Shown: positions 1 to 37,020 of the stretch, one piece after another
How positions within the stretch are numbered: position 1 is the stretch's first letter
Layout: the number at the start of each line of letters is the position of its first letter
DNA from: Gekko japonicus
Lineage: Eukaryota
Assembly (NCBI RefSeq): GCF_001447785.1
Contig: NW_015172553.1
Location: forward strand, 1,900,128-1,964,127
Length of the DNA stretch: 64,000 nt
Reading direction: 5' to 3'
Made by a program: the position numbers and the translations under genes
Notes under the pieces: model-generated
What the model was told of the DNA's origin: nothing
Database searches by the model: none
Seen by the model: only the letters and a program-made list of their open reading frames with translations

Positions 1-1790
1 ATGTATAATTTTATAAACCTCTATCGTGCTGCCCCCTTTAGTCGTCCCTTTTCTAAACTGAAAAGTTCCAGACTCTTCAGCCTTTCCTCATAGGGAAGGA
101 GCTCTTGATTGCCCTCCTCTATACTTTTTCCAGCTCTGTAATGCCCTTTTTGAGATAGGGTGACCAGAACTGTGCACAGTATTCCAAATGTGGCCACACC
201 ATAGATGGATGTATACCTTACAATATTGGTCATTTTATTCTCAATGCCTTTTCTAATAATCCCTATCATAGAGTTTGCCTTTTTCACTGTTGCAGCACAC
301 TGGGTTGACACTTTCATTGACACTACAACGCCAAGATCTTTTTCTCAGACTCAGCAAGTTCAGACCCCATTAGCCTCCACCTGCAGCCAGCTGGGTGATC
401 TTGGGTCAGTCACAGTTCTCTCAGAGCTGTTCTCTCACGAGCAGTTCTCTCAGAGCTCTCTCAGCCCCACCTATCTCACAGGATATCTGTTGTGGAGAGA
501 GGAAGGAAAGGAGATTGTAAGACGCTCGGAGACTACAAGTGAAGGGCGGGGTATAAATTCAACTCTTCTACTTGAAGCTGGGATTTTTTTTGTTCCAATA
601 TATGCATCACCTAGCAACACTGAACTTAATTTGACACACTGTTGCCTATTCAACCAGTTTGTGGAGGTCCTCTTGGAGCTCTTCAGTCAGCCTTGGTTTT
701 TACCATCCTGAATAATTTCATGTCATCTGCAAACTTGGCCACTACACTACTCACCACCAGTTTCAGATCACTGATGAATAACTTAAGTAGTACCGGCCCC
801 AATACCGATCCTTGTGGAACCCCACTGCTTACTTCCTTCGATAGTGAGAACTGTCCGTGGATTCCTACTCCTTGCTTCCTGTCATTTAGCCAGTTTTTAT
901 CCATAAGAGAACCCATCCTCTTATCCCATGACTGCCAAGTTGATGCATGAGTCTTTGGCGAGGTATCTTGTCAAAAGCCTTTTGAAAGTCCAGGTATATA
1001 GTGTCTACTGGGTCACTGTTATCTACATGCTTGTTCACTTTCTCAAAGAATCCCAAAAGGTTGATGAAGCAGAATTCCCTTTGCAGAAGCCATGCTGATT
1101 TTCTCTCAGCAACCTTTGTCCCTCCATGTGCCTAATAATTTTATCTTTGATTACATTTTCTACTAATTTGTCTGGGACAGACGTTAGGCTGATTGGCCTG
1201 TAATTTCCTGGTTCTTCTCTGGATCCATTGTTAAAAATTGGTGTAAAATGTGTACTCTCTAGTCATCTGGTACAGTGTCTGTAGGTTACATATACGGGTT
1301 AGTAGATCAATGATCTCACATCTGATGAACTCCTTAAGAACTCTCAGGCACATGCCATCAGGACCTGGAGACTTATCAGTTTATAATTTCTCCAGTAAGT
1401 CTAGAATTTCAATTTGGCTCAGTTCTTCAGACACCTTTCCTGAAAATGGGGGCTGTGGCATGGGTACGTACCCCACACTTTCCCCAGTGAACACAGAAGC
1501 CGAAAAGTCATTGAGCTTCTCTGCCATCTCCCCATCTTCCTTTAGCAATCCCTTTATTCTGAAGGCCCCACTGCTTCTCTGGCTAGTTTCCTGCTCTGGA
1601 TATATTTTTAAAAAACGTTTATTGTTTGTCTTGATGCTTTTAGCAACCCACTCCTCAAAATCTATTTTTGCATACCTAATTACTGACTTGCATTTCTTTT
1701 GCCAGAGCCTGTAGTCCTACCAATTCATTGGGACAGACCTTCCACTTTTTAAAAGCCTCTTAACTTTTTATAGCTTCAAAGTGTTGGCTC
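1..1790 (-). mobile_element. CR1-clade LINE, decayed ORF2 (reverse transcriptase) fragment
   Basis: Minus-strand frames give GVPQGSVLGPVLLKLFISDL...KFADDMKL and QCAATVKKANSMIGIIRKGI...PYEERLKSLELFSLEKGRL, typical of the CR1 RT region and C-terminus. Many stops and frameshifts; right boundary approximate. Confidence 0.85.
374..572 (+). mobile_element. 5'-truncated squamate tRNA-derived SINE (Sauria/Squam-like) inserted into the CR1
   Basis: Matches the body and tail of the full-length copy at 43536-43812 (ctctcagccccacctatctcacagg...gaagggcggggtataaat). Confidence 0.7.
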
Positions 1791-2231
1791 TGACCGTATA
1801 GGTCTTAAATGGTTTAGGAGCAGGCTACCCAAAGGACTTCTTTCCTCCCATACTGTCCAGATTGCCACTGGGACCACTGTATTCACATGCAGAGAGACTA
1901 TACATCCTCTGTATTTTAGTATATTTCTTTTTCAGAATAGTATATTAAAATACTGAATGTAATACAAGGAATATTGGAATGTTTGGCTGACAAAAAACTG
2001 CACCCACCTCAAAAAAGAAAAAAAAATCCTGTTAAGTGACCTCCATGCCTGAGAGGAATGAATGGAGAGTCTGTGTCTTATTTTGACATATTTATTGCTT
2101 TACAACCGTTGACCATATAACCTTAGCTTGTTATTTAGTTTTGTCTTTGCCTATCTTAAAACATGTTCATCGTGTTACATGTTAATTTGCTGTTCAGCCC
2201 ATCTATAAGTTTGAACCTTACCTTCCATTCC

Positions 2232-2315
2232 AATGTATTTGAAAAAGTGTGTGCACACACAAAAGCACATGCCTTGAATAAAACTTTGTTGGTCTTAAAG
2301 GTGCCACTGGACTGT
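2232..2315 (+). mobile_element. Penelope-like element pseudo-LTR relic (degenerate hammerhead)
   Basis: Shares ...gaataaaactttgttggtcttaaaggtgccactggact with copies at 11285-11415 and 44060-44280; hammerhead core is mutated. Confidence 0.5.
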
Positions 2316-2839
2316 AAATTTGCTTTAAACTATGTTAGCCACTTTTGGCAGATCCTGAAGTCTTGTAAATAAAGGGAGGTGTGAAAAAGCTGAAGAGAAG
2401 TTTGAGATTCAACATAGTGACAACGCTCAAAAGTTAGTAGGAACTTCTGCATTGGTCTGAATTTCTGTGTTGGTCTGAGTTTCTGCCAAAAGAACTGTCT
2501 TTCGAAACTAGTTTCAGATGTGATTGCTCAAGAATGCCCTTCTGTTGTTCTGATGTACCACAACCTCCCCATCTAACCTGAGAACTTACAAAAGTTAGAT
2601 ACACATTATCTATGTGCTTGCTGTAATTTATCTAGGGTGGCTGTTATCACTGTAGGCAGTATGATTAAAGTAACAACAGCAAAAAAGAACCAAGCCCCAG
2701 GCTCCTGCCTCCAAAAGTTTACAGTCTTGTTGATAGTGGGAATGTTGACAATGGGAAGACAGCAAAAAATAAATTGGTAGAACAAGAACAGGAAGTGTAT
2801 ATATGTGAGCACATACTGTGGAAATATAACATTTCAGAG

Positions 2840-4298
2840 CAGGGGTGTTGAACTCGTTTTTTATGAGAGCCTGATCTAAAGACCTTGTTGGGCCAAGTCA
2901 TGTGTGTCATAAAATGTAATGCCAGGTAGCAGAAAGATAAACTTTATAAAGGACACAAACACAATTTTTTAAAATTTAAAACATGCTTAAAACATTAGCA
3001 CTCTTGCAATGTTTTGTTTATTTAACAATCTCAGATAACTGACACCTAGGGGTGTTGAACTCATTTTTTATGAGAGCCTGATCTAAATAAGACCTTGTTG
3101 GGCCAAGTCATGTGTGTCATAAAATGTAATGCCAGGTAGCAGAGAGATAAACTTTATAAAGGACACAAACACAATTTTTTTTTAAATTTAAAACATGCTT
3201 AAAACATTAGCACTCTTGCAATGTTTTGTTTATTTAACAATCTCAGATAACTGACACCTCTTGCTCTGAATTATTGCATCAAAATCTGGAGAAAATGTGC
3301 TGTGGCAATCTTGAATATGCTGTTCAGTTGTGTATCTGTAAGTTGCAAACCTACTTTTGATTTATTGACATTTATTACAGAAATCTCATGGTCAATGCTT
3401 TGAGCCTAAGACCCAAGGGAAGTCATGAAATGACTGGGCATTGCAAGCTTTTGTATATAAGTTGCTTTGTGTGCTGGTCAAGAATATGTGAAGGCACCAT
3501 GACATAGACTGTGGGCTACTTGTTTGTCTACAAAACTATAGTCTTCCCCAGATAAATAACTACAATTCCTATAAAGCAGTGCAAGAATAGAGAGACAGCA
3601 ATGTATAGTGGTCAGTATCAGCATACTATCTGGGAAGTCTACGTTCAAAATCCTCAGTCTACAAAGGAAATGTGCTGGGTGAACTTGGTCAGGACGTGCA
3701 CTCTCAGCTTAATCCACCTCACTGGCTTGTTGTTATTCCTCATCTAAACAGTTCACACTGCTTTCCTACTAAGAACGACTGGATTATGAGGGCATGAATA
3801 CAGTGAGAAAGAGGAGGGGAACCGAGTTGCAGCCAGGAGAGCCCTGGGATAACGAGCCCAACAAAACACACACACTCTCTCTGTGTGTGTGTAGAAAGGG
3901 AAAATGCTCATACCTTGAATATAACTTTGGTCTGAAAGGTGCTTTTTATTTCTCCCATGTGATTGAAGGACCTGGGCAAAGTAAGCTCTCACTCTTTCAC
4001 TCCCCCCCCCAGGAGGGAAGAGAGGCTTGGCTCAGTAGCTCTGCTATGCAATTGAGAGAGCCTGGCAAGCCAAGATCTTGCTCTTTTCCTCCTTCTCCAA
4101 GGGGGGGGGGAAGCCTTAGCCAATGGAGGGAATGCCCGTTAGCTCTTGTGCGATTGAGAGAGCCTGGCAAAGCAAACTTACGCAGATGGAAACATGTGAG
4201 TGGGAGAAGGAAGCAGATGAGAGCCAGTTGCTCGCGGCCCAGATACAAGCCCAGTGGGGGCCAGATCCGGCTCGCAGACTGCATGTTTGATACCCCTG
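2840..4298. mobile_element. Probable non-autonomous hAT-type DNA transposon (possibly composite)
   Basis: Inverted ends caggggtgttgaac / gtttgatacccctg; 8-bp flanks tttcagag / ctttagag match at 6 of 8 positions. Confidence 0.45.
2841..3259. repeat. Tandem duplication of ~210 bp
   Basis: 2841-3047 is repeated almost exactly at 3048-3259. Confidence 0.9.
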
Positions 4299-4393
4299 CT
4301 TTAGAGGGACTAATCACAGGATGAAACAAAACCATTGAAATTAAAACCAGAATGTAAACTATCCTAGCTTGCTTCGTAGGCAAAACGTCATAC

Positions 4394-4600
4394 CTAATTC
4401 TTCGACAAAATGCTTCATGTGCAGGTTAAGAGGGTGGATGGCAGATCCTCCTGCTTCATAGTCTTCTCCTTCCAGGTTGACAGTAGCCAGACGGCCACCC
4501 ACAGCCCCTCTTTCAAATACATCAATCAGGACATCTTTTCCAAACTTCTGGCGCAGAAAGTAGGCTGCAGATGTGCCCCCAATGCCAGCTCCAATTACAG
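4394..4600 (-). CDS. PCYOX1: PCYOX1 exon 2 (207 nt)
   Basis: Acceptor tctttcag, donor g|gtatga; encodes the Rossmann GAGIGG motif. Confidence 0.95.
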
Positions 4601-7037
4601 CTGAAAGAGTTGTGCATACATTTTATTTCCACAAAACTGAGAGGGATACCAGCCAGCTCTTCCCTTATGCTTATGAGATCAAGATAAGGAAGGATGCTCT
4701 CATACAGGTTTAAGTATGTGGATCATCATAATTGATTTTTCTCTCTGTCTCCGTTGAGACTTTCAAAAGCATCTGAAGCCTTTGCTCCAGAGTATTGTTG
4801 GAAATTTTCAGTTAAGCTACTTTGGCAAATGTTTAATTCCATGAACCATTTGGTTAGGGACTCAACACAAATTTTGTGACAAAAAGCTGAAGAATCTTAG
4901 CACATTACCTTTGCTGAAAGAAGATTAAGGTGGGAGAGGACAAGTACTGTTAGTTTTCAAAAACTCAAAAAATATTGATAACAGGGAGAACACTTCTTTC
5001 ATGTTAACCCATTAAGCCACGGTGGAATAACAATAAAAGCAAGAGGAAACAGACACCCCGAAAACCAATTGTCAGTGTATATTGACACCAACAACTTTAA
5101 ATAAAGAACTAAAACAGAATACTTAACAGTTAATTAGTCTTGAAACTAACATGCAAACATTGCAGAATACACTCTTTAACAATGTACATTATATAATGCA
5201 ATACACGAGTTTAGCAAGTTTCCAGTGTACTTTTCATGTGCTTGAGAGAAAATGTCCGTATAATGAATCCCATAGATAACCTGAAAGTTGCAACAAAAAA
5301 GGAGAAAGTTGGCTTATGGGGTTCCAGATATACCAAAAGTTGGCTTACGGGTTGTATATCCGGAACCCCGTAAGCCCCCAGGGCTTTGCGGAAGAACAGA
5401 AATTTGAAACAGGTTGTATATCCAGAACCCTGCAAGCCAACTGTTGCTTTGCAACCCTTCAGAAATCTGTGGGATTCGTTTAGTGAATATTCCTTCTCGA
5501 GCACAAGACTCACACACCAAGCTAACTTCCACTTTTTTGTTGCAACTTTCGGGTTATCTATGGGATTCATCATGGACATTGTCTCTCAACTGCATGACAC
5601 GCATACTGGAGACTTGCTAAACTTATGTATTGCATTATGTAGTGTACATTGTTAAAGAGTGTATTCTGCAACGTTTGCACGTTAGTTTCAAGGGCAATTA
5701 ACTGTTGAGTGTTCTGTTTTAGTTCTTTACTTGAAGTCCTTGGTGTCAATATACATCAACAATTGGTTTTTGGGGAGGGGGGTTTCCTCTTGTTTTCACA
5801 TGCAGATTTGTGTCAACATACACACACAGCCCAATTCTATGCATGGTCACTTAGATATGAATCCCACCAAGTTGAATGGGATTACAATTTGAGAAAGAGA
5901 TGGCAGACTTTCTGTCCTGGATTTGGTAGTTGTCATAGCCTCAGTCTCAGAAGAAGAAAATAATGATTTTGGAGATTTTATTTTGTATTTGTCTGAACTG
6001 ATGGCATGTCAAAATGATGCATTCCAGATGAAAAAGACAGGAAATGCTGCAAAAACTTCACAGATTTGCCCCAGTCATTGCTTGGTGGCACAGAAGAGCT
6101 ACACCTAGTAATATTCTCCCTTCTCTGTATCTCTCTGTGACAAAGACATTCTGCCAATTAAGAGTAGATCAAGGCCGGTTACAGACCCTAAGTAAACTTC
6201 CAAAAGCAAATGAAACCAGGCAATTAAATCATTAGGTAAAATGGGGGAAATTGGGGCTGCAATTCTGTGAACATGTATCTGCCGATGTAATTCTGACCTC
6301 AGCAAGTCTTACTTCCAGGTTAACATGGGTAGGATCAGTCTTGTACATCTCCTGTTTGCACAGCTCCATAATACTGTGGAAACTTTTTTTTGCAAGTTTC
6401 CTGAAAGACTTGCTTAGGTGTCAGAATTTTTGAGAACAAAATATGTCAATTTTACATATAGCCCCACATTTCCCCTTATCTTCTGCAGTTGTTAAAAGCA
6501 GAAACATAAATCATGTGGGGCTATATGTAAAATTGACATATTTTGTTCTCAAAAATTCTGGCACCTAGGCAAGTCTTTGCCTTGGCCCAGAATGAAGAGT
6601 ATTTCCCCTCCACTTTGTATTATTTAAATAAAAAGGACCAGTATCACCGGCAAAGTGATTCTGAGCTTGTGCAGCTTGCCGGAAAGCAACAAGGCAGCTT
6701 TTGGGGGGGTCGCTATGAAGACAAGCATGTGCAGAGCCTGCTCCTCTTAAAAGCCACCCACCTGAAGCCATGGCACACGCTAGCAGCCAGATTTAAAAGA
6801 GACTCTGTGGCTACGTACAAACCCACTCGGGCCAGACAAATTCTGACCGGTGCCAACAACCCGAGTGGAGCGGGGAATTGCTCCGCAGTGACCTTTCCCC
6901 GCCAGTCCCGCGTTTGGTTCCCCCCTACCTATTCGCTTAGGCGGGTAGCGCAGCTCCTGGGACCCCGAGGAAAGCCCCCTGCACATGGAGGCCAGGAGCA
7001 GGAGGAGGCGAGCGGATCCCGTCCAAGGCACCCACAT
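4394..7037 (-). CDS. PCYOX1: Prenylcysteine oxidase 1, partial (exons 1-2; remainder lies left of the window)
   Basis: complement(join(4394..4600,6929..7037)). Signal-peptide-like [36 protein letters not shown] joined to [70 protein letters not shown] (FAD-binding GxGxxG). GT-AG sites, matching phase 1. Confidence 0.95.
5035..5796. repeat. Long imperfect inverted repeat (~280-bp arms)
   Basis: 5035-5315 is the reverse complement of 5519-5796 with scattered mismatches. Confidence 0.9.
6404..6578. repeat. Near-perfect inverted repeat (66-bp arms, 43-nt spacer)
   Basis: 6404-6469 pairs with 6513-6578 with two mismatches. Confidence 0.92.
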
Positions 7038-7360
7038 GGCGGCGGCGGCGGCCGCGGATGAGGAGAGCGAGACCGACCGGCCGACCGACGCGCGGAAGCA
7101 AAGGACAGGCCTGTGGCTCAGTAGTCCGCCCCGCCCCGCCGCCTTAGTCGTCAGGGGGCGGGCAGCAGCAGGGGCTGTGTCTTAAGGGAGTTAAGGCCCG
7201 GGCCTGAGGCGGGGGTCTCCGGGATTGCCTGGAGGGGGAAGGCCGTCCAGCGAAAATCTACCCGTCGGACGTGGCCGCAGGCGACATCTCTTCCCTCCAC
7301 GTTGCCGGTCCTCAGCCGGCGGTTGCTGAGCGCTGGAGATCCCGGCGATTAGGTGCTGTA
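6860..7360 (-). promoter_or_regulatory. CpG-island promoter of PCYOX1
   Basis: High GC/CpG density around exon 1; overlapping GC boxes ccgccccgccccgcc near 7126-7140. Confidence 0.7.
6929..7037 (-). CDS. PCYOX1: PCYOX1 exon 1 coding part (109 nt)
   Basis: ATG preceded by gccgccgcc in a CpG island; donor ag|gtaggg. Confidence 0.93.
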
Positions 7361-9420
7361 GACTAATGGACCGTGGAATTGATCCAGACCTTGATATGAA
7401 CGAGAGAACAGCGTTGATGGGTCCAAAGGAGCATTGGTCAGCCTTCATGCGGGGTAACCGTGTTAGTCTGCACCAGCAAAATGAAACAGTTCAAATTTAT
7501 TCCACCATAAACTTCCCTGAGCTATAAATCAACGCGTTCATCTGGCAGATACATTAGTGTCCTAAACTACAAAGAACAATTTTGTTCTGCAAAGGCCCTT
7601 GGTAAGAACATGAGAACTGCCTTTCTGAATTTCAAAGAGAGGCGTTTTACGCTTCAGACTGGATAACAATGTTGGACTCTACCAACAAAATTAAATAAGA
7701 ATTTAGTGACACTTTAAAGAGGAACAATTATTCCAGCATAAGATTTATTGTGTCAGATAGCTGAAGTGTACATTTACGTGGCAGATAGATATATGATTAA
7801 AATTACAAACATCAGATGTGATGGAAGAGCAGCTAGTACTTTCATGCAGCTGAATAATGAACTTTCAGTGCACTTTAGCCATCGTTTGCCCTTTCTCACG
7901 GTAAGATCCAGTTGCAAAGAGCACTGAAAGTGTGTGAAAGCGTAAGAGGCCCAGGAAACTATTTATTTTTCTTTTTTTTGATTAAACTGTTTTTATTACT
8001 TTTAACATGTATATCACAATATAGAGCAGGTTAACAACATTCAAACAAAACTAATATACCTGAGAAAAATAAGATACCTATATAACAAATACAGTGCATG
8101 GCTACAACGTAAATGAAACCGTGAGTGTGTTACATGGATTATAATGAGTTCAGAAATGTAATAAGTTTTTAAAGTACGGATTCCTTGGAATGATTTCGCC
8201 TTCAGCAAGATACTGAACTACAGGGAACCAGATTGAAACTCTATTTCTCATGGCATAGTTGTGAACCATTTCATCGCAGGTCCACTCAGAATGGCCAGTA
8301 TCCACTGTCTACTGTTGTTAAACTGGCTGATGAAACTTTTAAGACATGCGAAACAGGATGCTGGACTACATAGACCACTTGTTTGATCCAGGCAGGCTTT
8401 TCCAGCTTTAGATGATCCCTGCAAATAGAGAACTGGCCCAGGTAAGAGAAAGGTTCCCCCATCCCCCTGCACTGGTTTTCTATATTTGTGTGTGTTTTAG
8501 ATATAGGGAGGCATTCCAAAATGTGATTCTTCCATCAGCAATTTAAAGTGCAAACTTTCCACCCCCTTGTTCTCTTGTACATGTGACCCAGGACTTAGGT
8601 GGGTGTTCCATTTGCAGCTGTTGTCTGTTGGTTTCCTTTGGACCTCAACAGCAGGTCAAGGAAAAGAGGAGCATCCCCTGTTTTGCTATTCAGCACAGCT
8701 GTTGTCAGGGCTGACAGCCATTGAGAAATCCAAGTATCCACAAAGTGTGTGTAAATTATGGTTGTGCTCCTACCCCTATAAGCAGGCTACCTGCGCAAGG
8801 TTGCCGCCTATTCAGCCTATTAATTGCTACCAAATGTGGCTGACCTTAATAAAGGAATCTGCACAGGGCACCAGCAATTTGTTAAAGATCCCCTTTCTAA
8901 TCACCTGTGCAAATGTCTAAATTAGTATAGTTTAGTTGAAACATTCAAGAGGCTGGAATTCTCTGCCTGAGAAGAAGATCGCACTAGACTCAATGGGTCA
9001 TTACTAGTGTCCATAGAAACCCGTTGTTACTCTCCTGGGATCCCCAACGAAGTCAACGGGACTTGCTTATTTATTTACTTAATAGTCCATCTTTTTCACG
9101 GAGACTCAAGGCAGATTACATGGTGTAAAATAATGTAATGAAATAGCATGACAGATCTGTTAAGAAATGCAATAAGACTGGTATGACAAAAATTAGACAC
9201 AGGATCAAAAGTATCAGGCATGACATGTGAAGAGGAAAATGATAGCATTATGAAGTATTACACTGACACGTATTTATAGATGATTTAGAACCATGTGTCC
9301 CTGCAAAACTACAGCTCTGATGGAGAGAGAAGTATGCAATAGCAAGTAATTCCTTGAATTTTGAAACCATACCGCTTATCTTTCTCTGTTAGGGTCTCTT
9401 TTTCAAGCTATTTGCCAGTC

Positions 9421-9491
9421 GCGCCGCTGGTGTAGTGGTATCATGCAAGATTCCCATTCTTGCGACCCGGGTTCGATTCCCGGGCGGCGCA
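9421..9491 (+). tRNA. tRNA-Gly (anticodon CCC)
   Basis: 71-nt cloverleaf: acceptor stem GCGCCGC/GCGGCGC, A box TGGTGTAGTGG, anticodon stem CAAGA/TCTTG with CCC at 9453-9455, B box GGTTCGATTCC. Confidence 0.97.
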
Positions 9492-9499
9492 ACAAATCC

Positions 9500-9503
9500 T
9501 TTT
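9500..9503 (+). terminator. RNA polymerase III terminator (T4) of the tRNA-Gly gene
   Basis: TTTT begins 9 nt after the tRNA 3' end. Confidence 0.6.
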
Positions 9504-9963
9504 AAGCCCTAAAATAACTTTCCAGAGTCAACTAAAATACCAGCATTTCCCACCGTAACGCCTAACTATCAGGCGTGAAACAAACTGCGTTTTTTAAAAC
9601 CAAGAAGAACGTAAAAGTGTTTGAAAGGAACGATACAGCAAGCATGTGCGAAGCCAAGTCTCGCGAGATCTACCCGGTATCAGGAGAAAGAGAAACCGCA
9701 TAGAGGCCGGCGGAGGACTGGATTGAGCGCCAACGCAGACGGGTGTCAGACCCGCCGCGCATGCGCAGTCAGCCCCTTCCTTCGGCCGGCTCGGGCCTCT
9801 CTGCCCGCCAGCGCCATCTTGAGAGGACAAGCGGGGACAGGGGGCCTTGTTGTCCGCCGCGGATCCCCGAGGGTCGGGATCTCCTTCGCGCGCGGACTCG
9901 ACCCACGGGTCGGCGCCGTGACTGGACCTGGACGGGCGAGGCTGAGGAGGACGAGCCGCCGCC

Positions 9964-34183
<24,220 letters not shown>

Positions 34184-37020
34184 GAGAGACGGACTCTGGA
34201 ACAGAAACAACTGATGGCTCTGAGGCTATATGGAGCATTGTAAATCCTTTGTTTACTTAAAAAAAAATCTATCCAATCAAGTCAGTGCAAATGTCAGAAA
34301 CAGTATTTATTTTTAATCATGAAACTTTTGTCCACATTTTTTTTAAAAACACACACACACACAACGGGAAATACTAGATGCTGGATATCTGCCAACTTTT
34401 GCCTTCTTTTCCTCTTTTGAGATGTGTTTCTTAAGATCCTTGTTTGAAACACAACTAATGCAGGGATTTCTGCCACTTTTAGATTGGGGCAGAAAATTGC
34501 ACAATATCAGACTTTTTTTTCCACTGAAGTAGCGTGCAGTTCTAGTTTGCATTCCTAGTATGATTTAAAAATGTGTATATGAAAGCAGTTATACAAAAAC
34601 CCACGCCAAAACTGTGTGAATTCTGAAGATTCATTGTGATCTTCAGCTTGTGCACAATTGTGTTCTAAAGAGAGCCTATTGTATAAAGCGTCCATCTCCT
34701 CACTTTTGTTATACGGGGGTTTCAAATATAACTTATTGGTTTACATTATTTTGTATCTAGACATTTTTCAAAAAGTGGTTTTTTGCCTTACTGTCAGCTG
34801 TTAAATTATTAAATGGGGGTGGGGGCAGGGAATTGATGATCAACAAAGCTAGTTGAGCGGGGCGCTCTGATGGATCCAACTCTTCATGTTGTTAACTGTT
34901 TCATTGTTAGATTTGAGAAGGTGCCTGGGAAATCCCTGTTGGATTTGCTTCAAGATCTTTTATCTTCACTGATGAATTTCAGCCCAGTATCAAATACTGC
35001 TAAAAATGTGACATTCTTATGAACCAGCTTTTTTAAAAAACAAACTGTCAGTTTTTACATTTAACATGTATCCTTTCTCATGTAAACTATTTTAGCAAAT
35101 TAATATTTTTCACAAAAGTTGGTCAACTTTTGTACGTCTCCTTCTTTGAAAGGGTAAAAAGGCAGAGATCTACATATGACTTATAAGTACAGTAGAAAAC
35201 TTTGGTTCTTGCATGTGAATATCAGATACATTTAGCTTTTTGAATACACAGTCCCCTTTTTCAGAGACACGTAGAGAAGACTTCAGTCTTACTGTTAGCA
35301 ATTTTTTTTACTCACATGATGGAGTAAGTTTGACTTGACTTTAGCATGTACAGGTAGAACTATGAAATCTTGTAGCATTGCGTAACTCAGGCCAGGTTAT
35401 GAGGAATGTTCCAGTGAAGCCTGAAGAACCAGCCAGATAAAGCATTTTCAACTGTTTAGAGGCCAGAAAACAACTCTTGTTATCCTACCTCTTTGAGCCT
35501 TCAGAGTGCAACGTCCCCTCCCCCAAAAACCAAAAAAAAAAACCCCACTCACCCAACAAACACAAAAAAGCCCATGGTACAGTATTTATTAATATTAATT
35601 TTGGAGTACTGGCTCTTTTTTGTTCTGCCTCATTTGCATTGGAGCAACTTATAAAAGACTGAGTTTAGTGCGGAGTGTTCCTATGACTGTATATTCTGTG
35701 GACAAGTAATATGACAGAGTGGGGGGTTGCCTTTGTGGTTGTTCTGCTTGTCTTGGTTTCAACCCCCTCATTGTTTGTCTTTGGGAAATTTATTCATGGA
35801 AAGAAGAGTTCTGGGAAGCTGTTCTGCAACTTGAAAGTATGCAAAGGAATTTTATTTTGCAGTGGGTGTGGAAGAAGGAGAAAGCACAGCCTAGGATGAA
35901 TGTAGAGAAATTATGTAGTACATGACTGTGTTCCCAACTGGCATTTCACCAAGACTGAGCAGGGCCAGAAATGGCATATCTACTGAGCAATTCAGTACAG
36001 CTCGGCTTAAAATTTGGCTGTAAAGAGCTCTCAGAAAATAAATTGTTAACCTTGTAGACAAGAGTGCCCCCAATTTGAAATAAAGTATACCGAAGAGACA
36101 CTTTTAACTCTGTAATGATGCCTGTTCAAGTTTGCATAAACATATTATAATTTGTGGTTACCACCTCTGCCTGTACAATTCTTTCAAAAGAGGACATTTT
36201 AATAGATCTGAGGTGAGTTTGGTGCACTGGAATTTTCTGTATTTGTGTGTTTTCAGCAATAGAACTGCCCAGGTTTTGGTCACCTTAAATAAAATTCCTG
36301 TCACAAAAATAGAATTAAGATACCATCGCCCAGTTCTTAAAAAAAAAAATAAGGGGGGAAGTTTCTTTCCATCTTGTCAGTGCTGATTTTTCTCTGTTTT
36401 GGTCACCCAGGAAAAAATTGAAGTCAGGCTCTCTTTTAATACCATAATCAGAGCTGTAATGCATTTCAGGAGCATGAATTATTTGAAGGGGTAAAATATA
36501 GTGTTCTTCAAAATGGTGAAGTTGTAAAGGTATGATAAAAATGAACTGATGGGGCCCCTTAAGAATGGTCGTACTGCTTAGCTGGTATTCTGTTCATAAG
36601 ACTGAGGTTGGGACTTGACAGATGTAACTCCAGAGTTCCTTTCTCTCCGCTGTAACCAATTACTAGTAACCTGAAGGCAACATAAGTTGACAATGGTTTG
36701 AGTCCATTTCTTCCTCACACTGTCACCCTTCTGCTATTTGGTTCAAGCATGTGTACATATGCCTGTGCATTTAAAAAAGGAGTTTTCTTGATGTGAGACT
36801 CGTAAATGGAAGAATATCCCATATAGATAGTGAAGGAAAATGAAGAGGTCTGGGGATTTTAGTAGCAGCCCATGTTTGTTTGTATGAACATTAAAACGCC
36901 TCATTTGAATTAATGTATTTTGACATTTTGTGTTTAGAAGTTCAAGTTCTTAACTCCAGAAGCCGTGACTTTTGAAAGCCATTAAGGGTGTAAATAAAAG
37001 ATGTAAGCTTGCATATTTTA
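34184..37020 (+). other. TIA1: Probable long, U-rich TIA1 3' UTR with tandem poly(A) signals
   Basis: Largely repeat-free U-rich tract; AATAAA near 36079, 36288 and 36993. End inferred. Confidence 0.5.

Noticed and set aside
2606-2812. Hydrophobic minus-strand ORF as PCYOX1 exon 3
   Set aside because: No similarity to the expected GIYNG...FEES...WRYG segment; exon 3 must lie left of the window.
5211-5655. ORFs on opposite strands sharing FFVATFxLSMGFI...LETC
   Set aside because: Mirror products of the inverted repeat, not genes.
6543-7448. ORFs of 66-172 aa around the PCYOX1 promoter
   Set aside because: GC-rich antisense or alternative frames; only 6929-7037 on the minus strand fits PCYOX1.
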